Below the pieces are notes generated by a model. It ran no database searches. It was not told the origin of the DNA and worked only from the letters and a program-made list of their open reading frames with translations. From a virus: DNA of 64,000 nt. A program made the position numbers and the translations under genes. Positions 1-10,461 of the stretch are shown here, piece by piece (within the stretch, counting starts at the first letter, position 1; every line of letters begins with the position of its first letter). The stretch spans positions 29,817-93,816 of IMG/VR virus record IMGVR_UViG_3300042731_009409. One strand, given 5' to 3'.

Positions 1-588
1 CTTTAAACCGTTTGCATCAGAAGAATAATGATTTCCATGCTCATCTACTAATGTAGCAGCACCATTTTCAGCATCAAGATAGATCATGGACCCGTTTGCG
101 TTTGCAATTGTCATCGAACCTTTTTCATCCATTGCAATGTACTGATATTTTCCGTCCTGATGCCACGTTATATTTATTTTCTGACCATCTGATGTATCGT
201 CAAAAAAAATCATATGCCCATTTGGAGTTGCAAACCCTCTTCTTTTGCCATAATTTGTTTTGAATTCTTCATTTACCGGTCTAGCTTCATTCGAAGAATC
301 CACAACATCATCAGTCCAAGATCTTTTTCCCGTGTACCTTATTTCCATATTCTCTATTGACGATTGACCAAAAACTTCGTCTTGATCGTTTCCAGCAATA
401 GTCTCTACTTCTATAATTTCGCCAACATCCGGAATAACAAACCAACCCCAATCCAAATTTGGTTCAATCCAATCCGGAAGTTCCGTATCTTCGTCGCCTA
501 ACAAACCAGCACAAGCTATTTTTATTCTTCCTCTCTTTTCCGGATCTTCTACAGACATAACAGTCGCTTCGTGCTTTTCAACAATCAT
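1..588 (-). CDS. Baseplate spike, gp5/VgrG-like OB-fold (runs off window, not in ORF track)
   Basis: Manual translation MIVEKHEATVMSVEDPEKRGRIKIACAGLLG...WGWFVIPDVGEIIEV matches the gp5 N-terminal OB pattern; ATGA overlap with upstream hub gene. Confidence 0.85.
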   Translation of the reverse strand, partial: MIVEKHEATVMSVEDPEKRGRIKIACAGLLGDEDTELPDWIEPNLDWGWFVIPDVGEIIEVETIAGNDQDEVFGQSSIENMEIRYTGKRSWTDDVVDSSNEARPVNEEFKTNYGKRRGFATPNGHMIFFDDTSDGQKINITWHQDGKYQYIAMDEKGSMTIANANGSMIYLDAENGAATLVDEHGNHYSSDANGLK

Positions 589-1736
589 GGAGTAGCCTTT
601 CTGCAACTAAAATAACAATTGTATCCCTGGTTATTAAAAACATGCTTTACTTTCGAAAAGTAATAATCGCCATCATAAGCTGTTCCAATATTCGAAATTT
701 TATGTATTTGTCTAGACATTAAAGTTTCTGTTCCTATACATTTACAATTGTTCGCCAATATAAAATTTTCTCTATTTCTCCTGAACCATTGCTCTGCCCA
801 CAGTTTAGCTTGTTTCTGGTTTTTAAACCTTTTGTTTGAAATAGCTTCGAAAGAATAATCTCCAAAATACAGCTTTATATCACTGGCAGTTGTAAAATTT
901 CCTTTTACGACTGTTTGTGGATCGCCAGAAACCTGAATGTCTGGCGAGTTATTGTTTTCTTCTTCAACCTCTGCTTTTATAATTTTTCCTGTTTTTCTGT
1001 CCTTTGTAACAACAGATATTTTTGTTGTTGCGCCGGTAACAAGCATTTCTGGTTTAAAACTAAGCAAAGTAGTGTAATCACCATCATTATATGTGAATGT
1101 ATATTTTTTTTCCTGGTCAGTTATGTTATTTGGATTTTTAAAATGTAAATACCATTTTCCAACGCTATCACCGTCAATCCAAAAGACATAACCTGACAAG
1201 TTAGCCATACCTTGAACTAATTCATAATCAGTTACGCCTGACTTTTGAAACCAGTTGTGAGGTTCTTCTTCTGTATCGTCTATATCATATTCCATATCAT
1301 AGCGATCGGCAATCTCATATACAGCGTCGCTATATCTGTAGTCTTTAAACCTTCTTTTTTTAGACTCTTCTGGCGAACCAGTCATCGACGAATCTTTTGT
1401 ATAACCTATTACATTTATAGTTGGTATTCCCGATTCTGGAAAATCAAGAACCGGCCTTTGAATTATTACTCTACCCACATGTTTTAATGGTTCTTTATAT
1501 CCAAAATATACAGAAACTTCATTTCCAGGTTGAAAAATTTTTGCATTCGAAATCATTCCATCAGGATTGTTACAACGCAATCTTAGAACGTCGGCTATAC
1601 CATCACAACTTTCATATTCTACACTTGTAATAAAATCTTTTATATTTCCATCGACGTTTGTGTTTGCAACATCGATAGAAAATTTTGGAGCAAGCGTTTT
1701 ATCATTAACGCCATTTATATTGTCTAAAAGTGTCAT
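585..1736 (-). CDS. Baseplate hub, late control D / gp27-like protein
   Basis: FQKSGVTDYELVQGMANLSGYVFWID and YDGDYYFSKVKHVF motifs; position between tube initiator and spike. Confidence 0.85.
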   Translation of the reverse strand: MTLLDNINGVNDKTLAPKFSIDVANTNVDGNIKDFITSVEYESCDGIADVLRLRCNNPDGMISNAKIFQPGNEVSVYFGYKEPLKHVGRVIIQRPVLDFPESGIPTINVIGYTKDSSMTGSPEESKKRRFKDYRYSDAVYEIADRYDMEYDIDDTEEEPHNWFQKSGVTDYELVQGMANLSGYVFWIDGDSVGKWYLHFKNPNNITDQEKKYTFTYNDGDYTTLLSFKPEMLVTGATTKISVVTKDRKTGKIIKAEVEEENNNSPDIQVSGDPQTVVKGNFTTASDIKLYFGDYSFEAISNKRFKNQKQAKLWAEQWFRRNRENFILANNCKCIGTETLMSRQIHKISNIGTAYDGDYYFSKVKHVFNNQGYNCYFSCRKATP

Positions 1737-2500
1737 ATTATATAGCTCGTATAATCATCATCTCTTCGTTCTAGCATTGAAATACGCAAGCTTCTTTGCT
1801 CTGTTTCTTTTTTGCCATAAGCTGTTTTAAAAACATTACTTTTTTGCGTAATTACTTCGGTTCTTATAGCTTCTACAGACGGCAATTTTATTACATCAGC
1901 AACTTGTATGTTTAACTTGTCTGGATGTCTTTGTCTTATTATGTCTCCCATTTCAGCTGAACCATATTCGTTATATGTAAGCATTTCAAAATAATCTCTG
2001 GTTTTTGCTATATGATACCGAGTTTCGCCAGGTTCTTCCGATTCAAGACTATATCCTTTGTATTTGGCGAGTGTTATATCACATACAACACCTTTTAATT
2101 TGCCTGTTTTATAAGGCATCATAAAGCGCTTTGACAAACGTCGAAGTGTACACGATCCCATAGACAAATGGCCGTCACCAATTGAAAACGAAAGGATTGG
2201 CGGTCTTGTCAGAGAATTGTCTCTTTCTATCCAACTATCCAAAAGATCAATATCATCCCCGGCCTGACCGAATACAATATCTCGATTAAAAAATGTTGCT
2301 TGAAAAGAAATTGTGTCCAGTTCTCCATTCACAAATTGGCTTATTGGAGTCTGCATATTCAGAGAAACAGTTTCGGAATAATTTGACGATTTGTTTTCAA
2401 CTACATTTTGTGCAGGAAATTGTCCTTGCAATTCCTGCCCCGTATCTTTATTTCTTAAAAAGAACGTTCTTTTTCCAAATATTGCGTCAATAAGTCCCAT
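1733..2500 (-). CDS. Tail tube initiator (CIS-tube-like domain plus LysM/tail-X-like domain)
   Basis: N-terminal PISQFVNGELDTISFQATF/RPPILSFSIG; C-terminal YHIAKTRDYFEMLTYNEYG LysM-like segment; directly after tape measure. Confidence 0.75.
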   Translation of the reverse strand: MGLIDAIFGKRTFFLRNKDTGQELQGQFPAQNVVENKSSNYSETVSLNMQTPISQFVNGELDTISFQATFFNRDIVFGQAGDDIDLLDSWIERDNSLTRPPILSFSIGDGHLSMGSCTLRRLSKRFMMPYKTGKLKGVVCDITLAKYKGYSLESEEPGETRYHIAKTRDYFEMLTYNEYGSAEMGDIIRQRHPDKLNIQVADVIKLPSVEAIRTEVITQKSNVFKTAYGKKETEQRSLRISMLERRDDDYTSYII

Positions 2501-2501
2501 T

Positions 2502-5210
2502 TTAACCTCTATTCATCGGTGCTGAACCGTGCTCCAACATAGCTCTTCTTTGCCACGGAGTTGATTTAAAACCAGATCTTTCCTGTATTTCAAGTCTTTT
2601 TCTCGAACTTGCTATATTCAAAGAATCTCCATCTATAGACAAATCATTCTTTACATCAATTTGTCTTTTGTCTTCTATTATGTTCTCAACTTTTATATCT
2701 TCTCTTTTCGCCGCTTCTTTTTTTGTTGCAATCGTAGAAGCTTGTGTAGCAAGTTTAGCAAGATCCGAATTTCTTTTAGAAATGTCTTCAGGTTCTACAA
2801 GTTTTTTTGTTTTAACAATACCTATCGACTCAAGCATTTCTTCTCTTGTGTTAAAAACTTTTTCGTTGGATGGCATATTAAATAAATTTCCACTCAACCC
2901 TTCTTTTGCAAAAGTTCTAACAGCGTCAGGTACATCAATATTGAAGGCATCGCCAAGAGCCAATGCTGCCTCTATTATCAACCTTAATGGTTTTAAAACA
3001 AAATCTAATATTGCGGTTCCAAGTTTTGCTAACCCTCTTACCATATCACCAGCAAAAACTTCCTCAAATGCAATTGCAATTTTTGCAAAACCTTCGCCGA
3101 ATTGTGTAGCTATCCAATCTACCACCGGCCAAACCATTTTCATAATTGTTTCTATAATCACGCCAACAACTTTTAATAATGTCCATATTATATCAACAAC
3201 AACTTTTACAACTGTATAGATCGCTATCACAATTGATGCAATCAATGGTATTGCATATTTAACAAAAACTAAAATCGCCTGTGCAATTGCCCCTATTATC
3301 GATCCTATTACTCTTCCGACTTCCCGCCAATCTACTTTTGTTTTATCCATTTCGCCAAACAAAAACGTATATAAATCAGCAAATACAAGTTTTATGTTTA
3401 TAACTATTTCAGACCACACCTTTCCCAGTTCTTCCAAAATCGGTATAAACGCATCTTTAATACCTAGCCATAACGGTTTTAAAACATTTTGATAAACATC
3501 TAAACCCCAAGTCTTAATGTTTTTCCATACTCTAACGGCTGTTTGAAAAAACGATTCATTTTCTTTCTTAAGTAATTGCCAAGCTAAAAGTAAAGCGCCA
3601 GCAACTATAACAACAGGCCAAAACACAGCAGCCAATATGGTTCCAATTCCGGAAACAATTGATACTATGCCACCAATTATAAATTTAACACCAATTAACC
3701 CTAATATAACCGGTGTGATTGCTGCCGCTGCAATCAAAAACAGTGATGCCATTTTTGTTATTTGTCTTAATGATGTAGAACCACCAAAAGTTTCTTTAAA
3801 CCAATTTGCACCTTCTTTTATTTTTGTAGTAAGCCAATCCCAAGCATTTCCGATTGTATCTATAGCGTCTCTCAAACCACGCGCTATATCTAAAGCTGTT
3901 TGGCCATATTTTTTTACTGCATCAATGCTTATGCCAATGGATTTAGGATCTTCCGCCGCTTCATTTATTTCCATGAGCGCAAGCAATACATTGTTAAAAC
4001 CTTCTGTAAATTGCCTTAACGATGTAGCAAAGGGTTTTAGCAGTGGTTCAAAAAAGTTAACAGATAGACCTTCTAAGGAACTTTTGAGAAGCGTTACAGA
4101 ACCGGCAAAATTATCCAATCTTCTTTTGGCCATCTCCAAAGCGGCACCTTCGCCTTCGGACGATTTTTTATATTGTTCCTCAAGAGAAAGAATACTTTTT
4201 CTGCCAGCAATAGCAAGAGCATTATATGCTTTTGCTCCTCTTTGGCCAAACACCTCAGAAATAATCGCTTGTTTTTCAACAACGTCTTTTATTCCTGACA
4301 TTTTTTTACTAAAGTCGTCAACAATATCAGCAACTTTTCTTAAACTACCATCACTGTTTGTTAATTCTAATCCAAATTTTTTTAATATTTTTTGAGCTTT
4401 CTGAGAAGGTTTGGCAAGTTTAATCATCATATTTGAAAATGCCGTACCACCAATAGAACCTCTTAAACCAGCATTTGCAGCAGCCGCGAACAGAGATGTT
4501 ACTTCTTCTATCGACAAATTTAAAGATTTTGCGCTTGAAGCGCCATAAACAAACGTTTCGCCTAAAGACAATATATTTGTGTTTGCGGTTGCACTTGCCA
4601 AAGCCAAAACATCCGCAATGTGGCCAGCGTCACTCCATTCCTTGCCCATGCCTTTTACTACTCTTGCAACAACGTCGGCACTCTGTCCCAATTCTATTCC
4701 GTCTGCTGCCGCTGCATTCATAACGCCACCAAGAGACGCTACAATCTCAGTCGGTCTTGCCCCTGCCCTTGCTAAGTATTCCATACCTTCGCCTGCCTGT
4801 GAGGCAGAGAACACGGATACAATACCCATTCTCTTTGCCTCTCTAGACAGCATTGACATTTCTTCCCCGGTGGCTCTGGATACGGCACCAACGGCCGACA
4901 TTTGTTTTTCATAGTTTATCGCTTGGTTTAAACCTGCACCAATGGCAAGAGATAGAGGGGCAAAACCCAATCCGACACTTCCAATCCCTGACGCTATTTT
5001 CGATGCACCCGATGATACACCAAGAGCCATAGCTTTCATTTTGGCTGTTAATTGCGACGAGGATTGAGATATTTTACTCATAGAATTTGGAACTGTATTT
5101 GTAATATTTACAAAACGACTATATGATTCTCTTGCTCTATCAACAGAAGAAACCATTTGTCTGGTATCAGTGGAAAAAATTGAACCTAAACCAATTTTTT
5201 CAAAAGCCAT
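2502..5210 (-). CDS. Tape measure protein (TP901-type core)
   Basis: YEKQMSAVGAVSRAT...ADVLALASATANTNILSLGETF...AGLRGSIGGTAF; 902 aa, helical and hydrophobic. Confidence 0.95.
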   Translation of the reverse strand: MAFEKIGLGSIFSTDTRQMVSSVDRARESYSRFVNITNTVPNSMSKISQSSSQLTAKMKAMALGVSSGASKIASGIGSVGLGFAPLSLAIGAGLNQAINYEKQMSAVGAVSRATGEEMSMLSREAKRMGIVSVFSASQAGEGMEYLARAGARPTEIVASLGGVMNAAAADGIELGQSADVVARVVKGMGKEWSDAGHIADVLALASATANTNILSLGETFVYGASSAKSLNLSIEEVTSLFAAAANAGLRGSIGGTAFSNMMIKLAKPSQKAQKILKKFGLELTNSDGSLRKVADIVDDFSKKMSGIKDVVEKQAIISEVFGQRGAKAYNALAIAGRKSILSLEEQYKKSSEGEGAALEMAKRRLDNFAGSVTLLKSSLEGLSVNFFEPLLKPFATSLRQFTEGFNNVLLALMEINEAAEDPKSIGISIDAVKKYGQTALDIARGLRDAIDTIGNAWDWLTTKIKEGANWFKETFGGSTSLRQITKMASLFLIAAAAITPVILGLIGVKFIIGGIVSIVSGIGTILAAVFWPVVIVAGALLLAWQLLKKENESFFQTAVRVWKNIKTWGLDVYQNVLKPLWLGIKDAFIPILEELGKVWSEIVINIKLVFADLYTFLFGEMDKTKVDWREVGRVIGSIIGAIAQAILVFVKYAIPLIASIVIAIYTVVKVVVDIIWTLLKVVGVIIETIMKMVWPVVDWIATQFGEGFAKIAIAFEEVFAGDMVRGLAKLGTAILDFVLKPLRLIIEAALALGDAFNIDVPDAVRTFAKEGLSGNLFNMPSNEKVFNTREEMLESIGIVKTKKLVEPEDISKRNSDLAKLATQASTIATKKEAAKREDIKVENIIEDKRQIDVKNDLSIDGDSLNIASSRKRLEIQERSGFKSTPWQRRAMLEHGSAPMNRG

Positions 5211-5419
5211 TATTTTTTACCTTTTTTAAGCATTTTTTCTTCGTCTTTCAGTTGTTTGCTTAAGCGTTTGAGATACCATTCTCTTTCCACAAATTCCATT
5301 TCCATTATTGACGAGTAATCCATTCCCTTCATGCAATAAGTTAATGTAAAAACTTGTTCCAATAAGTCGTCAAGTTTGCTTATTGGGAAGAAATTCCGAA
5401 AAAATTGGTATACTCCCAT
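5210..5419 (-). CDS. Tail assembly chaperone, downstream (T-like) frame; probably reached by -1 frameshift
   Basis: EQVFTLTYCMKGMDYSSIMEMEFVEREWYLKRL resembles gp51/DUF6760-like chaperone tails; lies in the -1 frame of the upstream ORF. Confidence 0.75.
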   Translation of the reverse strand: MGVYQFFRNFFPISKLDDLLEQVFTLTYCMKGMDYSSIMEMEFVEREWYLKRLSKQLKDEEKMLKKGKK

Positions 5420-6189
5420 GGTATAGTTCTTATAAATTTAGTTTTACAATTGTCGCAAACAGCTTCTATTGATAAATCTGGACCAAGCCTATTTTGGTCG
5501 ATTTTGTTTGACAACGTTTCTATATCTGCCTTTCCCATCTCATCAAGTTCGTGATCGACCAAATTTATACTTTCCTTTTCTTCATTCAGGCCAATTATGT
5601 GCGAAACAAATATTTTTGCTTTTAAGTCGCCAAAACCTTTCATGTTTTTATCCGTGAAAGATTCATACGAATTCCATCTTGACGGTGCTAATCTGAATTT
5701 ATTTATCTGTTTTTTTCTTATTTCAAATGGTTCTTTCAATTCATAAAACCATTTCGATTCTTCGAAATCACTGAAACAAGTGTTATCTATACTGCCAACA
5801 TCACCCTTAAATACAAATTCGTTTCCACACGCCCTTGTATTTGGACATGCAAGTTTAATGTCTATTTCAGGACCAAGAGATTTATATCTCATATAACAAT
5901 ATAGAAACATAACATCACCGGAAAACATGGTCATTATCTTTAAGATCTTCTCCTCTATTGATAATTTTTCAAAATCCCATGGTCCAAGCCTTGTAAACAT
6001 TGTCCCTATAAGCATTGCAACAAATCGGCCTGTGGTAGCATCTTTATTTTTTTCTGCCAACAGGCCGATTTCGCGTTCTTGTTTCATTGTCCAACGTTTA
6101 ATTGAAAATGTTTTGTTGTACGAATTGCCATCTCTAATTCCTAATGGCAATTCGTTCATGTCTTTTATTATCCTGGTTTCTTTTGGCAT
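5380..6189 (-). CDS. Tail/baseplate assembly chaperone (G-like, T4 gp26-like, Zn-binding Cys pairs)
   Basis: Between tube and tape measure; CPNTRAC and CDNC Cys pairs. Confidence 0.75.
   Translation of the reverse strand: MPKETRIIKDMNELPLGIRDGNSYNKTFSIKRWTMKQEREIGLLAEKNKDATTGRFVAMLIGTMFTRLGPWDFEKLSIEEKILKIMTMFSGDVMFLYCYMRYKSLGPEIDIKLACPNTRACGNEFVFKGDVGSIDNTCFSDFEESKWFYELKEPFEIRKKQINKFRLAPSRWNSYESFTDKNMKGFGDLKAKIFVSHIIGLNEEKESINLVDHELDEMGKADIETLSNKIDQNRLGPDLSIEAVCDNCKTKFIRTIPWEYTNFFGISSQ
5398..5404 (-). other. Predicted -1 ribosomal slippery heptamer T TTT TTC
   Basis: Minus strand reads AAT TTT TTC GGA in frame 0; a -1 shift gives TTT TTT CGG AAT, the frame of 5210..5419. Confidence 0.75.
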
Positions 6190-6243
6190 TTAGCTATCTC
6201 CATTTAGCACAATAGGCTTATGTTAGATCTGCTTTAATAAAAA

Positions 6244-6684
6244 TTACGGAAGGGGCTCAACACTATCAGCAGAAGCGGTCCACTCTATTAATTGTGCTTC
6301 GCCGTCATTTCCCATTTCCGAATCGGGTAAATTTCTTTTTGTCAAAAACATTCCATCTAAAAAATAACTTCTAACTGCCGTTTCAGATGCTGTTTTATAT
6401 GTCAATGTAGCAGGCCTTTTGTATGTTGGCGCTGAGTTTTTACATTCTAACCACCACTCCTCTAGAGCCAAAACTTCAACTGCATGGTGCAGAGGAATAG
6501 AAAAAGTGAATTCTACAGGATTCGAATCACCACCACTTGCCTTTGTGTTATCAGGCAAATCAACGGTTTTTAATTCTTCCTCTATATTGCCGTGCATTGT
6601 TACGGTCAAATCAACCATACCATTAACACTGAGTGTATATTTGTTCTTCGCTGCGTGATCCGGAAGGATTAATCCTTTTAACAT
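6244..6684 (-). CDS. Tail tube protein (T4 gp19-like)
   Basis: LEEWW...YKRPATLTY...SYFLDGMFLTK...IEWTASAD; downstream of sheath. Confidence 0.85.
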   Translation of the reverse strand: MLKGLILPDHAAKNKYTLSVNGMVDLTVTMHGNIEEELKTVDLPDNTKASGGDSNPVEFTFSIPLHHAVEVLALEEWWLECKNSAPTYKRPATLTYKTASETAVRSYFLDGMFLTKRNLPDSEMGNDGEAQLIEWTASADSVEPLP

Positions 6685-6697
6685 AATTTACCTCCCT

Positions 6698-6919
6698 TTA
6701 TTCGATCGTAAACTGAGTGGTTACAGATGATGCTGACGAATCGGTATGGTCAGCATCAGTTTCTGCATTATAGTCTGTTATTAATTGGTTTAGGGCGGTT
6801 GTCAAAGCTGCAACTTGTGTTGCAATTGCCGCAATTGCATCATACAGCGTAGCAGTGCCGTGTGATTTGTCCAAACCCGCTCCAGCGTCGCCAATAATCT
6901 TTTTTATACTTACGGTCAT
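6698..6919 (-). CDS. Small hypothetical virion protein with coiled coil
   Basis: 73 aa between sheath and tube, with GGAG RBS. Confidence 0.65.
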   Translation of the reverse strand: MTVSIKKIIGDAGAGLDKSHGTATLYDAIAAIATQVAALTTALNQLITDYNAETDADHTDSSASSVTTQFTIE

Positions 6920-6931
6920 TTTATGCTCCTT

Positions 6932-9214
6932 TTAATTAGCAGAATCAAAAATTCCTTGTTTTCCAATTTCTATAATAAATCTTTCAACTGTATCGGCCAA
7001 TCTTAATGAAATTGATGCATTAAAATCACCTTGGGCCATCGTTGCATCAGTATTATTTTCGCCATCGATTTTGATTATACATGCTTCGGAAAATGTATCT
7101 CCGCGAATTGCATTTTTCTTTCTCCATTCGGGCAAGAAAAATGATCTTAGCGATGATTTTGTTGGCCCCCACAAGTTAGAATCATTTATTTGGAAAATGA
7201 TCCAATCGTAATTTTCAGAAAGAACGTGCTCGTAATAAGACATCTGCTCGCGTTGATGTTTCCATTTCCAGGTAGAATCCAGATATAAAGTTCTATCACC
7301 CCAAATAATATAATTTCCCTTTACCTTTTTGATAACAGAAATCCCAACCGGGTTTAGACTTTCTTCGTCAAGCAAAGTGTTGCCGGTAGTCAAAGAAAGA
7401 ATTTCTGGCAACGTTGCGTCAATACCAGCTTGCGCTTTATGATAACCCTCATAATCTCCAGAAAACCTTGCTTCACGACCATGAACCATACCCGTATTCG
7501 TAACAAGTTTTCTTTTTCCTTCTCCGCTTCCTAGTGGATCGGCAACATAACAGTAAGATGGAAATGAACAAACGGCAAAATCATTTCTTCCATACGTGTC
7601 ATTTATTTGAGAGATCGCACCAATTTCGGTTGTTATGTTTGATGGAATTTCGTATCTGTATTGATGGTTTTTTGCTTCTGCATATGCAACTCCCGCCTGA
7701 GCGACAGTTGTAGAAGTTACACCAGGGGTGGCCATTTTTACTAAACCAGCATTGGTTCCTTTGAGTCTATTAAACGGACTTGAAGATGTATCCCACGCTT
7801 GTTGTGTATAATCACTATCTGCAATATCTGCATTGCCGTCAATCCCGCCAGCCAATTCCGTTGTTGCAACAACCATAAATTGATCGTCTGCTTCAGAAAT
7901 CGAAGTCATATCAGAACCATCAGCAACGGTTATAGTGTTGTATGCATTTGATACAATTCTGTATTTTTTCAGTTTTTCATTCGCTTTATCTGGATACAAA
8001 TAACCATTTGCATATTCGCCATTTTCCAGAGGCTTATAATACACAATAATTACGTCTGCAGCAACACATGCAGTTGACCCAGCCGTGATTGTAAAAGGAG
8101 GAACAAATCTGTGACCAGAATCAAACTCTGTTCCAAAAGTTATTGTCCCGAGAGAACCAAATTCAGACGAAACAACACCGCCCTCTGTTGCCGATGTCAT
8201 TGTAATCGTAAGCGTTTGTCGTACCATTTCGGCGTTAACAGTCCCCAAAGCAATTGTAGGGTCGCCAGTTGCGCCAGACAAATCCATATAATGTATGTTT
8301 GCTGTCAAAATAGTATCTGTTACGCTTGAAACAGTTCCATAATAATTTGCTGGACGAACGTTTGCTACGTGAGCACCAGTCCAAAGATCTTCAGCTTCGA
8401 TTTCATAATTCGAATCATCGTTGTTTATGATCGAAACCCAATATTTTGTCGAAGTTGGGTCAGTTGACAAATCAGAATATTTTTTGACAAACTCGCCATC
8501 AACATAAACTGATAACGAAAATTCTGTGTCCGGATTTTGTTCGCCGTCCCCAATTTCAAAAGAAACCGCTTTGTCGTCATTGTCTAAAAACAGAGTATAA
8601 CCGGTTTCAGAACCAGCGCCTAAATCAGTGTCCATTGTTTGATCTGCCGCAACCTGGATAACACCGGCAGAAGTATTTCCAATAATCGGATATTGAGTAT
8701 TTGCAACACCTTCAAGTTCTACATATCCGCCTTTCCATTGATCTGTTACCCATGTAGTAATACCAGTTGTAATTTCTGTTTCATCAATATCTGCTACGTC
8801 CGAAACATCGCCATCATACTTTTGTTTTTTTCCACCCCAACGGCCACCGTTATGAGCTTTGATTTTTCCCATAGCAACAGGAATTACACCATCTTTTCTC
8901 GCATATATAGTTTTTTCAGCTTGAACTTCGTTCCCATCAGTTACTCTAACCAAGTACAAACCACCAGCGCCATTGGCAATCCTGTAATAACTAAAGCAGT
9001 TGTCAGGCAATAGCGAATCGTCTATGTAAGATCCGCATTTTTTCAAAAAACTTGCTCTGCTTTGACACTGTATTAATTCACCGACCGGTCCTTTTTCAAG
9101 CAAACCGGCATAACCACACCAGCCATATGGTGCAAGCTCAATGCTTTTTTGGCCAGATTTTTCTATTATTACTGTGCCAGCGCCCCTAGTAGGTCCAAAA
9201 CGTCTTTGAGCCAT
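6932..9214 (-). CDS. Tail sheath protein
   Basis: GLLEKGPVGELI N-terminus; LNPVGISVIKKVKGNYIIWGDRTL and IIFQINDSNLW C-terminal sheath motifs. Confidence 0.95.
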   Translation of the reverse strand: MAQRRFGPTRGAGTVIIEKSGQKSIELAPYGWCGYAGLLEKGPVGELIQCQSRASFLKKCGSYIDDSLLPDNCFSYYRIANGAGGLYLVRVTDGNEVQAEKTIYARKDGVIPVAMGKIKAHNGGRWGGKKQKYDGDVSDVADIDETEITTGITTWVTDQWKGGYVELEGVANTQYPIIGNTSAGVIQVAADQTMDTDLGAGSETGYTLFLDNDDKAVSFEIGDGEQNPDTEFSLSVYVDGEFVKKYSDLSTDPTSTKYWVSIINNDDSNYEIEAEDLWTGAHVANVRPANYYGTVSSVTDTILTANIHYMDLSGATGDPTIALGTVNAEMVRQTLTITMTSATEGGVVSSEFGSLGTITFGTEFDSGHRFVPPFTITAGSTACVAADVIIVYYKPLENGEYANGYLYPDKANEKLKKYRIVSNAYNTITVADGSDMTSISEADDQFMVVATTELAGGIDGNADIADSDYTQQAWDTSSSPFNRLKGTNAGLVKMATPGVTSTTVAQAGVAYAEAKNHQYRYEIPSNITTEIGAISQINDTYGRNDFAVCSFPSYCYVADPLGSGEGKRKLVTNTGMVHGREARFSGDYEGYHKAQAGIDATLPEILSLTTGNTLLDEESLNPVGISVIKKVKGNYIIWGDRTLYLDSTWKWKHQREQMSYYEHVLSENYDWIIFQINDSNLWGPTKSSLRSFFLPEWRKKNAIRGDTFSEACIIKIDGENNTDATMAQGDFNASISLRLADTVERFIIEIGKQGIFDSAN

Positions 9215-9222
9215 ATTACCTC

Positions 9223-10461
9223 CTAAATTATAGTGATAGACAAATCACCAGCAATATTAAAACTTTGTACAAGTTCATTAGTTTCATCACTGTAAGAAAA
9301 TACAATATTTTTTACCAAAAATCTAAAAATAGATGAAAATACTCCAGAATTTTTTCCTCCTTGTCCAGTAAAATCAGAGCTTATAAACCAATTATAAGAC
9401 TCGTCCAAACCAACTAGATTAAGTTTTTCATTTTCTTCGAATAATTTTTGTATAGAATCTTGCAACCTTTGCAAATCAAAAGAACTGTTTGTTATAACCG
9501 AAACTATAAACTCATAATCTCTCTGCCTTGATTTTATTATACTTGTAGCAGTGTAATTGAATTTGTTTCTAACAGAAGTTTTAAAGGAAGCCGGAATGTT
9601 CTTTAAAACTTCCGTGTTCAATATATGGATAGCTGGAACTTTGCTTACTTCTATATAATCGTCATCAGTCGTAAATGCCACCAAAGGTTTATATGTAAAT
9701 TTTATCCAAACTTTTTTATCTTCTGAAACAGTTGTATTAAGCGTTATTATTTTTGTGTTGGAATCATAACTTGAATATATATCGGTGTATTTGCTTGGAT
9801 CGTCAGTGTAATTAAAACAGCTGTCGATTGCAATTATTTCATAATCTGTGTCAAGTTCGAAATCGTTTAAGTCAATTGTGTCACTATCGTTTGGCATTAC
9901 AATTATGTGATCAGATATTGGTCTTAATTCTTTCAATTTTGGGATTATTGAATTATATATAAGGTCGTCTTGAAAATCTATTGTAGATTCGTATAAAACC
10001 CTTATCTCGTAAATTTTTGGAGTATATCTAATATCATTGGAAGTTAAATTTATTATTATTTGTAATTTCTTTTCTGTTGCATCAAACGAATTTATATTTT
10101 CTGCAATTTCATCTTCTGTATTCCAGTCGGTCGTGTTTATTTCCCATGTTGCACCGTTCCAATAATACTCGTTTGTACCATTCCCGATTCTAAAATTATA
10201 TCCTGTAAGTTCTGTATTATCATAATCTTTTGTTATATCTCCCAAAACATCAAAACCAATAAATCTAACAACACTGCCAGGATTAAAAACCCAACTTTTA
10301 ACATAAAGATCTGAATCAGTTGGATATTCCTTTGTACTTTCGTTATACAAAAGTTGTATACAATTGTCACTTGGATTTAATCTGGTATCAGTTCCCAATT
10401 CTATTTCACTTCTATTTGTTTCGTAAAACAAAAATCTTTTTACTATTTTTTTGACTATCAT
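9223..10461 (-). CDS. Tail completion/terminator-like protein with N-terminal extra domain
   Basis: Position between neck genes and sheath; C-terminal beta-sheet pattern (KVPAIHI...RDYEFIVSVIT). Confidence 0.55.
   Translation of the reverse strand: MIVKKIVKRFLFYETNRSEIELGTDTRLNPSDNCIQLLYNESTKEYPTDSDLYVKSWVFNPGSVVRFIGFDVLGDITKDYDNTELTGYNFRIGNGTNEYYWNGATWEINTTDWNTEDEIAENINSFDATEKKLQIIINLTSNDIRYTPKIYEIRVLYESTIDFQDDLIYNSIIPKLKELRPISDHIIVMPNDSDTIDLNDFELDTDYEIIAIDSCFNYTDDPSKYTDIYSSYDSNTKIITLNTTVSEDKKVWIKFTYKPLVAFTTDDDYIEVSKVPAIHILNTEVLKNIPASFKTSVRNKFNYTATSIIKSRQRDYEFIVSVITNSSFDLQRLQDSIQKLFEENEKLNLVGLDESYNWFISSDFTGQGGKNSGVFSSIFRFLVKNIVFSYSDETNELVQSFNIAGDLSITII

Noticed and set aside
1-9214. Stand-alone eCIS/T6SS/tailocin locus
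   Set aside because: Capsid, portal, protease and terminase are contiguous, so this is a complete phage morphogenesis module
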